A stretch of DNA of 62,939 nt, counting the filler. It is 6 parts of 6 records of this genome, joined end to end, with 100 filler letters (N's around TTAATTAATTAA, not from the genome) between each part and the next. Parts side by side here need not be neighbours in the genome. Positions count along the whole stretch, not along the records: positions 35,921 to 41,246 come from DRR723986_37913; positions 41,347 to 47,924 come from DRR723986_38672; positions 48,025 to 56,964 come from DRR723986_38944; 3 more parts are not named here. The stretch is one strand, 5' to 3'. Each line of letters begins with the position of its first letter. Position 1 is the stretch's first letter. The notes beneath the pieces were generated by a model, which was not told the origin of the DNA, did not search any database, and saw only the letters and a program-made list of their open reading frames with translations. Made by a program: the position numbers and the translations under genes. Below are positions 40,819 to 49,136 of this stretch, in pieces.

Positions 40819-41091
40819 TGTAATGATATAATATATGTAGAAAGTATTAAAGACTATATAAGAATACATTTGTCTGATAAGTTGTTACTTGTAAAAACAA
40901 TTTTAACTGGTTCTCAAAATCAACTTTCTAAAAATCAATTTATAAGAGTTCATAGATCTTATCTAGTTAATATCAATGTGATTTCTGCACATTCATACGA
41001 TGATACTGAAATAGGAACTATAGAAATATCTATAGGAAATAGTTATAAACAGAAGTGCTTGAATATTTGCAATAGAATAAGCTATGAATAA
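40819..41091 (+). pseudogene. LytTR DNA-binding domain remnant (no receiver domain, no good start)
   Basis: DIIYVESIKDYIRIH...FIRVHRSYLVN...IGNSYK. Confidence 0.75.
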
Positions 41092-41246
41092 ATATCATTA
41101 CCATTCCACACACATTTTCCACCACTACTCCACCCTTTCGGAAAAAGAGTGTTCCAATAACTGAGTAGAAAAACATTTTAGAAGAAAAAAAATAAAGAAA
41201 CATGGTTACTAACATACGCTTTTAACCAAAGCCCATGTTGTACATA

Positions 41247-41346
41247 NNNNNNNNNNNNNNNNNNNNNNNNNNNNNNNNNNNNNNNNNNNNTTAATTAATT
41301 AANNNNNNNNNNNNNNNNNNNNNNNNNNNNNNNNNNNNNNNNNNNN
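41247..41346. other. Artificial contig linker
   Basis: 44 N + TTAATTAATTAA + 44 N; abrupt AT-rich to GC-rich switch. Confidence 0.98.
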
Positions 41347-41942
41347 GTCATGGCTTCAACCTGGTCGTGGGTGACGTAGACCATCGTGGTTTCCAGGCGT
41401 TCATGTAGACGGATCAGCTCCAGCCGCATCTGCACGCGAAGCGCCGCGTCGAGGTTTGACAAGGGTTCATCGAACAGGAAGGCGGCCGGTTCGCGCACGA
41501 TTGCACGTCCGATGGCGACCCGCTGCTGCTGACCACCGGACAGTTCGCGCGGCTTTCGGACAAGCAGCGCGTCGAGCCCCAGGATCGAGGAGGTTTGCGC
41601 GACCTTCGCCTCGATCTCGGCCTTCGGCAACCCTGCGATCTTGAGGCCGAAGGCAATGTTGTCGCGCACGCTGATGTGGGGAAACAGCGCATAGGACTGA
41701 AACACCATCGCCAGACCGCGCGTGGACGGTTTCGAATGCGTCACATCCTCGCCGTCGATCAGGATTTCCCCGCCCGTCACCGTCTCCAAGCCGGTGATCA
41801 TCCGCAGAAGCGTGGATTTACCGCAGCCGGATGGGCCAACGAAGACGACGAATTCGCCGTCCTTGATCGACAGGTTGATATCGCGAAGGACCGAAACCTC
41901 GCCAAAGGCCTTTTCCACGTCGCGAAGAACGATCTCACCCAT
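41347..41942 (-). CDS. Sugar ABC transporter ATP-binding subunit (MalK-like, 3'-truncated)
   Basis: [43 protein letters not shown]. Confidence 0.95.
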
Positions 41943-42855
41943 AGCGAACGTCTCCCTTGAGATCCGATGTCATCAGTTGATTGACCTGCGCAGCGGCTTT
42001 GATATGCGCCTTCATGAAGTCGCGCGCATGCCCAATCAGGTCACCGCCATCGGTCCAAAGGTTACGCCAGACACCGAGGATGTTGGACAGTTGCGGGTCC
42101 ACGACCTCGGAAGAGAAGCTTTCGAATACGAGCGGCCCGGAATAGTCTATCTGCGCCAAGGCTTCGAAGGCCGGTGCGAAATCGATGGACCCGGTTCCGA
42201 GATAACCTCTGTGTGACTCACCCAGGTGAAAATAACCCAGCATATCGCCGGTCTCGACAATCGCGCGCGCCATGTCGGCTTCCTCGATATTCATGTGGTA
42301 AGTGTCCAGATGCACGCGCGCATTCGGGCCGCCGATCATCTTGCACAGCGCCACCCCTTCGGCGGCGGTATTGGCGATGTTCGTCTCGTAGCGGTTCACC
42401 ACCTCCACCCCGACCTGGATATCGCTGGCCGCAGCCGAAGCGCAAATTCTAGACAACGCCTCGGCGCTTTGCTCAACCGCGCTGCGCGAGGCAGGCGCAC
42501 CGTATTTGGTCATCGCGGAGTAAATCACGCCGCACAGATGGGTCGAGCCAATGTCACGACCAATCGAGACAACCTTTCCCAGAAGCGCCTCACCGCGCGC
42601 GGCAATATCGGGGTCTTCCGAAGACAGGTCGCTTGTCGGCCCAAGCCCGAGAGAGATCGTTGGCGTGATGCCGTATTCTTCCAGGAGCCGCGCAGTCATG
42701 GCTACGTCGATCTTGTTAGGATCGAGCATCGGGATTTCGATCAGGTCGTAACCGGTGGCAGCAGCTGTCGAGATGGCTTGGCGCGCTTCGGCTTCGCTCC
42801 AGCCGCCGACGATGCACAATGCATGGATACCCAGAGGGTTCTTTCCAAAGTTCAT
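41935..42855 (-). CDS. Ketose 3-epimerase (D-psicose/D-tagatose/L-ribulose 3-epimerase family)
   Basis: [42 protein letters not shown] metal and catalytic motifs. RBS GAGGG before ATG 42855. Confidence 0.85.
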   Translation of the reverse strand: MNFGKNPLGIHALCIVGGWSEAEARQAISTAAATGYDLIEIPMLDPNKIDVAMTARLLEEYGITPTISLGLGPTSDLSSEDPDIAARGEALLGKVVSIGRDIGSTHLCGVIYSAMTKYGAPASRSAVEQSAEALSRICASAAASDIQVGVEVVNRYETNIANTAAEGVALCKMIGGPNARVHLDTYHMNIEEADMARAIVETGDMLGYFHLGESHRGYLGTGSIDFAPAFEALAQIDYSGPLVFESFSSEVVDPQLSNILGVWRNLWTDGGDLIGHARDFMKAHIKAAAQVNQLMTSDLKGDVRYG

Positions 42856-42863
42856 GATGTCCC

Positions 42864-43676
42864 TCAATTCTTAACTGCGCCCATCGTCAAACCAGAGACG
42901 ATGTGGCGTTGCATGAGAATGGTGAAGATGACCGGTGGCAGGATCTGGATGATCGTGGCAGCCGAGATGAGTTCCCAATAGGTGCGTGTCACCGTCGAGA
43001 AGGATGAAATCACGACAGGGAAGGTCCGCGCTTCGCGGGTTGTCAGGAAGAGGGCGAGAAGCAGCTCGTTCCAGGCAAAGATGAAGACAAAGGTCGAAAC
43101 GGTCGCGATCCCGCTTTTGGCCAGTGGCAACGCCACCAAGCGGAAGGTCTGGAACCAGCTGCATCCTTCGATCCGTGCGGCCTCAATGATTTCTTTCGGG
43201 ATATTGCGAAAGAAGGACATCGCAACCCAGACAGCGAAGGGCAAATTGAAGCCCGCATAGGCCAGCACCAGCGCTGGCATCGTATCGAGCATCCCGGCCG
43301 TATTGAACACGATGTACAGCGGCACGGCGGCGGCAATCGGCGGCATCATCCGCGTGGACAGGACCCAGTCCGCCAGGAAATTACGGGCCCCGAATTCGAA
43401 ATAGACGAGCCCGAAGGCGCAGGGCAGCGCAAAGGACAGGCAGAGCACCGTCGCAGCCAGGGTAACGATGGCTGAATTCAGCAGGAACGGCCAGTTTTCG
43501 GACATAAGCAGCCGGAAGTTTTCCAGATGCGTAAAGTCAGGCACCCAGACCGGCGGCACAGCGTAGATATCGCTGAGTGGCTTAAAGGCCGCCAGGATCA
43601 TCCACAGGATAGGTGCCGTGAAGACGAAGGTGATGAGGAAGGCGGCGGTCAGTTTCCAGCGGTTGCTCGAAGTCAT
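42864..43676 (-). CDS. Carbohydrate ABC transporter permease
   Basis: Six TM segments; EAA loop EIIEAARIEGC; FIFAWNE. Confidence 0.93.
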   Translation of the reverse strand: MTSSNRWKLTAAFLITFVFTAPILWMILAAFKPLSDIYAVPPVWVPDFTHLENFRLLMSENWPFLLNSAIVTLAATVLCLSFALPCAFGLVYFEFGARNFLADWVLSTRMMPPIAAAVPLYIVFNTAGMLDTMPALVLAYAGFNLPFAVWVAMSFFRNIPKEIIEAARIEGCSWFQTFRLVALPLAKSGIATVSTFVFIFAWNELLLALFLTTREARTFPVVISSFSTVTRTYWELISAATIIQILPPVIFTILMQRHIVSGLTMGAVKN

Positions 43677-44596
43677 TTCTGAACCTTTCTCAGATAGGCC
43701 ACCGCAATGGTGGTTACGACGATGGAAATCAGCAGGATGATGACCGCAGCGGCCGAGCCATAGCCAACCTGGAAAAAGCGGAAATCCTGCCTGTATGCGA
43801 AGAAGGTCAGAAGCTCGGTCGAGTCCCCAGGTCCACCTCGCGTTGTGACGTAGACGAGATCGAAGAGCTTGAGGTTGTCGATCACCCTCAGGATGATGCC
43901 AATCAACAGAACATCACGGATCGCAGGTAGCTCGATGTAGCGGGCGATGTGGTGCCAGCGCGCGTTTTCCAGCTCTGCTGCTTCATAAAGCGATGAAGGG
44001 ATCGAGACCAAGCCCGCGAGGATCAGCAGCATCATGAACGGCGTCCACTGCCAGGCATTGATGAGAATGACGGTCGGCAGGGCAAACGTGGGATCTCCGA
44101 ACCAGGCGGGCCCCTCAACACCGATTTCACCCAGCAGATAATTCGCGACACCCAACGTTGGATTCAGGATGTAGCTGAACATCAGGCCTACACAGATTGG
44201 CGTGATCATCATCGGAACGATTGCGAGTGAACGCAGCACCTGGCCGGTCCGCATCTCTCTGAGCGAAAGGAACACCTTCGCGCAGAAGAACCCGAAAACC
44301 ACCTCCAGAGCGATCGACGAAACAGTCAGAACTGCCGTGTTCTGAAGGGCCTGAAGAAACAGCGGGTCGCTGAGCAGACGTTCGTAGTTTTCAAACCCGA
44401 TGTACAACATGCGGTCCATGCGGGTCAGGCGTGCGTCGTGCAGGCTGAGATAAACCGAATAGATGAAGGGGAAGACGCTTAGAAGCAGCAGGTAGACCAC
44501 GGCCGGAGCGATAAACATCCAGCGGATCGCGCGATCGCCGTCAGCGGCTTTCTTCTGGGCGCGCGGAACGGGCGGATTGGGGGCGATATCGACCAT
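43673..44596 (-). CDS. Carbohydrate ABC transporter permease
   Basis: GFENY, WQWTPF, SLYEAAELE, TRGGPG. Confidence 0.93.
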   Translation of the reverse strand: MVDIAPNPPVPRAQKKAADGDRAIRWMFIAPAVVYLLLLSVFPFIYSVYLSLHDARLTRMDRMLYIGFENYERLLSDPLFLQALQNTAVLTVSSIALEVVFGFFCAKVFLSLREMRTGQVLRSLAIVPMMITPICVGLMFSYILNPTLGVANYLLGEIGVEGPAWFGDPTFALPTVILINAWQWTPFMMLLILAGLVSIPSSLYEAAELENARWHHIARYIELPAIRDVLLIGIILRVIDNLKLFDLVYVTTRGGPGDSTELLTFFAYRQDFRFFQVGYGSAAAVIILLISIVVTTIAVAYLRKVQK

Positions 44597-44639
44597 TGCG
44601 GCTCTCGCTTCTCGGAAAGTGAATTTTGGTGGTTGGGCA

Positions 44640-44663
44640 CGGGAAGGGCCGAAGCCCTTCCCG
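44640..44663 (-). terminator. Intercistronic stabilising hairpin downstream of the binding-protein gene
   Basis: Minus strand CGGGAAGGGC-TTCG-GCCCTTCCCG (C-UUCG-G tetraloop), no U tract. Confidence 0.6.
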
Positions 44664-44705
44664 GCTGAGGTGCACGCCCCATGTCGGGACGTGCTGGGAG
44701 GCTCA

Positions 44706-46049
44706 TCAGTCGATGTAACCGGCGCGGGTCAGAATCCGGGTCACGGTTTCATTCGCCTCGTCCATGGCTTCCTGTGGCGTGGCGTCGCCGACGATGGCGC
44801 GGTTCACCTGAAGGCCAATGGCGTCGATCATCTCAAAGGTCATCGAGTGGCGCGGACGGCCTTCCTGCCAGGCTGCCTGGGCGGATTCATAGAGCGTCGG
44901 CACCCAAGGCTGGGCGGCGATGATCTCTTCATCCTGCATGGCCGAGTGACGGCTCGGGGGACCACCTGCGAGCACGAATTCGCGATGTACCTGTGGGCTT
45001 GCGAACCACTGCATGAAGTCCCATGCCGCGTCCTGCTGTTGGCTATGTGCGTTCATGCACAGGATCCAACCTCCAACAGGGGGAACCGATTCCGCGCCTT
45101 CGGCGTGTGGGAACATCGCCACGTCGAACAGATCCGTGACGCGCGAGATGTCGGGATCGGTAAACAGCGGGGTACGCACCGACCAGTTGTTGATCATCGC
45201 GACACGGCCTTGGGTGAACGCATTGGCACGCTCATCCCAGGCGTATTGCTCCACTCCCGGCGGGCCATAGGGAACCATGTCGACGAAGAACTGGACCATG
45301 TCCACCGCTTCGGGAGAGTTCAGCGTCGGAGTCTGGTCGCCATAGGGATCGTCCGAACCCGCGAAGTTAGATTCCCACGGACCGCCACCGGCCGAGTAGA
45401 TCCATTCAAAGAACTGCTGCCCCGCGGCAGAGCCGCGCTGGAAGTTCATCGCCATGCCAGCCACATCGGGATCGCCGTCATCTTCTGCAAAGAAACGCGC
45501 GACTTCCATCAGCTCCTCGAAGGTTTCAGGCACCTCGATTCCATGCTGTTCGAATAGATCGCGGCGATAGTGCAGCATGTGCCAGTAGCCTGCGATTGGC
45601 AGACACTGAAGCTGTCCATCCCACGTCGCCTGACCGGCAAAGGAGTCGATGTAGTCATCCATCGCGACGATTGCTGGGTCGGCCGCGGCGACACGCTCCT
45701 CGACGGGTTCGATACAGCCTGCTTCAACGAACTCACCGATCCAAATACCGTCGATGAATAGAACGTCATATTCGTCACTGCCCTGCGAGCAGGACAGGAT
45801 CTGACGCTCGTGCAGTGGGTCATATCCGAAGCTGTCCAGGGTGACTTCCGCGCCGGTCAACTCGGTGAACCCAGGGCTGATTTCATTGAACGCGTCGATG
45901 AAAGGGTCGGCGATGGACTGAACGCGAATGGTTGCGCCCTCGTGATTGCCGAGCACCGAGTCCCAGTCCTGCGCCATTGCCGGAGCGCCAAGCACGAGCC
46001 CCAGCGACAGCACCGATACCCCCTTGGCTAAGTTATGCGATTGGTTCAT
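44706..46049 (-). CDS. Sugar ABC transporter substrate-binding protein
   Basis: Signal peptide ending APAMA-Q; YRRDLF...PETFEEL; GRVAM; AAWDFMQW. RBS GAGGAGG. Confidence 0.92.
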   Translation of the reverse strand: MNQSHNLAKGVSVLSLGLVLGAPAMAQDWDSVLGNHEGATIRVQSIADPFIDAFNEISPGFTELTGAEVTLDSFGYDPLHERQILSCSQGSDEYDVLFIDGIWIGEFVEAGCIEPVEERVAAADPAIVAMDDYIDSFAGQATWDGQLQCLPIAGYWHMLHYRRDLFEQHGIEVPETFEELMEVARFFAEDDGDPDVAGMAMNFQRGSAAGQQFFEWIYSAGGGPWESNFAGSDDPYGDQTPTLNSPEAVDMVQFFVDMVPYGPPGVEQYAWDERANAFTQGRVAMINNWSVRTPLFTDPDISRVTDLFDVAMFPHAEGAESVPPVGGWILCMNAHSQQQDAAWDFMQWFASPQVHREFVLAGGPPSRHSAMQDEEIIAAQPWVPTLYESAQAAWQEGRPRHSMTFEMIDAIGLQVNRAIVGDATPQEAMDEANETVTRILTRAGYID

Positions 46050-46170
46050 ACTATCCTCCTCTGATTGAACCTTGCAGTGGTTTGGTCAGGCGTCAGGCAA
46101 AGAAGGTCCACGCGCAGATCGCCGCGATCTGCGTTTCTGGTTTGCCTGACGCAATATGCCCGCCGACGGA

Positions 46171-47226
46171 TCAGCTGGCCTTTTGTTCTCCTCTTTGACT
46201 TTCCTCCCTTGCGCCCGCCTCCTGATAGGTGCGCGACGTTGACGCCCTGAGGCGCAGAACGCAGTGCAGCGGCTCTCGCAAAGCGTCCGGTTCCTTCCCT
46301 GACATCCGCGCCCGGAGCGTAGACCAGGCGTTCTGAGCAATTCCATCCACCGGCTGCTGGATCGCCGTGATCGGCGTCCGCCGGGCGGACATCCAAGGGT
46401 AGTCGTCGAACCCGACGACCGATACATCGCGACCAACCTCGCAATTGCGCGTTGCAAGACAGTTGAGAATTGCCAGTGTGGTCATATCCGTTACGGCGAA
46501 CAGCGCGCTTGGCATCGGATGGGACTGCAACCAGTCAGACAGCATCGCCGCACCGTGCCGTGGCTCTGGACCGACCTCGATCAAATCGGCAACGCCACCG
46601 CTCGCCTCAATCCGCCGGGCGGCTCCGTCGCAGCGGCGCCGAATGGCCTTTAGCCGCATGTCCGATGCCACAATCAAGACATGGCGATGACCGAGCCCGA
46701 CGAGATGATCACCGACAATCCGTCCGGCCTCCTCATTATCCGGATAAACCCTGTCAAACCCTTCGGCATCCTCGCCGCGGTCTGCAAGAACGATGGGCAG
46801 CGTTTCTTTCGCCGCAACAAGTGGCTCGGGCACACAGTCAGTGCAGGGCACGATTATCATTCCAGCAGGTTGCCATGAGAGCAGAGCATTGACCCGCCGA
46901 CGTTCGATCTCGGGGTCGTCTTTCGAGCTTGCCACGATGATGTCGTAACCGTCCGCTTCGGCGCGTGCTTCAATTTCGGTGATAAGCTGCGTGAAGAATG
47001 GGTCAGACAGATCAGGCACCATCACGGGCACCACACGGCTCTGCCCCGACCTTAGGTTCGATGCAGCTCGGTTAACCTGATATCCAAGCGCTGCGGCCGT
47101 ATCGCGCACTCGTTGCGCAAGATCTGGGTTAACCGGCTTCTTGCCCGAAAAGACATTCGAAACAGTTGCCGTAGATACACCAGCGGCATCTGCAACCTGT
47201 TTGATCGATGTCGGGCGCTTGGCCAT
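46171..47226 (-). CDS. LacI-family transcriptional regulator
   Basis: TSIKQVADAAGVSTATVS HTH, VSVVGFDD, ITAIQQP. Start at ATG 47226 after GGGAGGAG. Confidence 0.93.
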   Translation of the reverse strand: MAKRPTSIKQVADAAGVSTATVSNVFSGKKPVNPDLAQRVRDTAAALGYQVNRAASNLRSGQSRVVPVMVPDLSDPFFTQLITEIEARAEADGYDIIVASSKDDPEIERRRVNALLSWQPAGMIIVPCTDCVPEPLVAAKETLPIVLADRGEDAEGFDRVYPDNEEAGRIVGDHLVGLGHRHVLIVASDMRLKAIRRRCDGAARRIEASGGVADLIEVGPEPRHGAAMLSDWLQSHPMPSALFAVTDMTTLAILNCLATRNCEVGRDVSVVGFDDYPWMSARRTPITAIQQPVDGIAQNAWSTLRARMSGKEPDALREPLHCVLRLRASTSRTYQEAGAREESQRGEQKAS

Positions 47227-47257
47227 CACTCCTCCCACTGTGCCATGTTTTGGCATC

Positions 47258-47294
47258 TGTAAATCGATTAACAGTAAAACGTTTAACCAGTCAA
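47258..47294 (-). promoter_or_regulatory. Tandem LacI-type operators overlapping a sigma70 promoter
   Basis: Near-palindromes TGTAAATCGATTAACA (47258-47273) and GTAAAACGTTTAAC (47274-47287), both with central CG; TTGACT -35 on the minus strand at 47289-47294. Confidence 0.7.
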
Positions 47295-47320
47295 GTCCTA
47301 ACTCTCGTTTGCTATCCCTC

Positions 47321-47573
47321 ATGCCGCGCAGAGGTCCCGTGGCGCGACCTCCCCGACGAATTCGGCAAATGGTCGAGCGTTGACCAGCAACTCCGGCGCT
47401 GGACATTGGCTGTGCCGTGGGGGGACATCATTGATGCCCTGAACCAGAGCGCCGCGGTCCCACACGCCCTTCAGATGATCGACAGCACCGTGGTCCGCGC
47501 CCATCATCCATTGCGCGGCAGGGCTTTGCGAAGGCAATCTCCCGAGAGGAGGGCAGCGGGCGCCAAAGGGGGA
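47321..47573 (+). mobile_element. IS5-family transposase remnant (5' truncated, interrupted)
   Basis: PWRDLPDEFGKWSSV...RRWT...QMIDSTVVRAHH...AAGAKGG. Confidence 0.85.
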
Positions 47574-47924
47574 TGGGTAATCCCCCCCGATCTTAAGGGA
47601 ATGCGGAAGTAGAATTTTCTCGGCAGGATGACTGAGGAGATTCCGATGAAGAAGACACGATACACAGAAGCCCAGATCATGGGCGTGCTGCGCCAGATGG
47701 AGGGCGGTGTGCCTGCCGCCGCGCTGTGCCGCGAGCATGGGATGAGCAGCGCCACGCTGTACAAGTGGCGGGCGAAGTATGGGGGCATGGACGCCAGTCT
47801 CATCAGTGAGATGAAGGCGATGGCCGAGGAGAACCGGCGTCTGAAGCGCATGTACGCCGATGTCAGCATGCAGAACGACCTGCTGAAGGAGGCTCTCGGA
47901 AAAAAATGATACGGCCAGCTCAAC
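47574..47924 (+). mobile_element. IS3-family element (IS407-like), left part
   Basis: Begins 5'-TG (TGGGTAATCCCCCC...); orfA follows; A7 frameshift run at 47900-47906; truncated by the contig end. Confidence 0.88.
47646..47909 (+). CDS. IS3-family transposase OrfA
   Basis: MKKTRYTEAQI...LCREHGMSSATLYKWRAKYGGM...ENRRLKRMYA...ALGKK*. RBS GAGGAG. Confidence 0.92.
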   Translation: MKKTRYTEAQIMGVLRQMEGGVPAAALCREHGMSSATLYKWRAKYGGMDASLISEMKAMAEENRRLKRMYADVSMQNDLLKEALGKK

Positions 47925-48024
47925 NNNNNNNNNNNNNNNNNNNNNNNNNNNNNNNNNNNNNNNNNNNNTTAATTAATTAANNNNNNNNNNNNNNNNNNNN
48001 NNNNNNNNNNNNNNNNNNNNNNNN
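47925..48024. other. Artificial contig linker
   Basis: 44 N + TTAATTAATTAA + 44 N. Confidence 0.98.
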
Positions 48025-48450
48025 CATCCGGTGGTTCATCCGCCCCGGCAGATCCCGGATTTCAGGATAGAGCGTGCCCCCCATGGCCACGTTGACCTCT
48101 TGAAAGCCACGGCAGATCCCCAAAAACGGCTGGCCCCGTTCGACGCAAGCCCTGACCAATGGCAAAACAATCGCGTCCCGAGCCCTGTCAAAGGCGCCGT
48201 GCGCTTCGGTCTCTGCTTCGCCATATTCCTCGGGGTGCACATTCGGGCGTCCACCGGTCAGCAAAAACCCATCACAGGTTTCAAGCAACTCTTCGACAGA
48301 CAAATACCGCGGGTCTGCGGGAATGAGCATTGGCATGCAGTCCGACACATTGGCCACGGCGTCTGAATTCATCGTGCCCCCAGCGTGCGTGGGATATTGA
48401 TCATTCATCAAATATGAATTGCCGATGATACCGATGACCGGACGAACCAT
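48025..48450 (-). CDS. Gamma-glutamyl-gamma-aminobutyrate hydrolase family protein (peptidase C26; 3'-truncated)
   Basis: RPVIGI, DGFLLTGG, LGICRGFQEVNVAMGGTL. Confidence 0.88.
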
Positions 48451-48644
48451 GAGTGCTCCTGCTCTTTACTCTGGCCTGACGCTACAGCGCGCCGGTCAGA
48501 CGTGCAACAGCGCACCCCCTGCACCATGGCGCAAGCGCGTGTTCAACCACGCACAGTGCGTAAAAAATGGGCGCAGACACCAGTGGTGTTTGCGCCCGAG
48601 CGGTACAGCATACCGATCTCATCCTCAGCAGCCTGCGGCCAAGA

Positions 48645-49070
48645 TCAAATCTCGCCGGTCAGCCCAACGGCATCGATCCCGGCCATCGCCGCAATTGCAT
48701 CATTGTCCGATGTGTCGCCCGTTACGCCAATGGCACCGATCACAGCCCCCTTTTTGTCCCGCACCAAAACGCCACCCGGCACCGGAATAACCTGCCCACC
48801 GTACACGCCGTTCACCGCAGCCATGAAATATGCCTGATCCTCGGCGCGCTTCATCTGAGCTGTGCCGGCCATTCCCAGCATGACTGCGCCATAGGCTTTG
48901 CCATGTGCGATGGGGAACCGTCCGGGGGCAGCCCCATCTTCGCGTTCAAAGGCCTGCACATGACCGCCTGCGTCCAACACAACAACAGACAGTGGCTTCA
49001 GTTCCATCTCGCGCCCTTTTTCAAGCGCCTTGCGAATGATGGTCCGTGCGCGTCTCAGCGAAATTGTCAT
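48645..49070 (-). CDS. glcG: GlcG/HbpS-family heme-binding protein
   Basis: VVVLDAGGH...REDGA...AHGKAYGA...PGGVLV...IGAIGVTG; directly downstream of glcB. Confidence 0.85.
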   Translation of the reverse strand: MTISLRRARTIIRKALEKGREMELKPLSVVVLDAGGHVQAFEREDGAAPGRFPIAHGKAYGAVMLGMAGTAQMKRAEDQAYFMAAVNGVYGGQVIPVPGGVLVRDKKGAVIGAIGVTGDTSDNDAIAAMAGIDAVGLTGEI

Positions 49071-49136
49071 CCCAGTTTCCTTTGTCCTTTGTCACAGTGC
49101 GAAAGGCAGGAGATCCCCCTGCCCTCGTGAATGTCT

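Noticed and set aside
41414-47923. Many overlapping antisense or alternate-frame ORFs (for example 42226-42981, 44577-45557, 47504-47923)
   Set aside because: Shadow ORFs expected in GC-rich coding DNA; no motifs.
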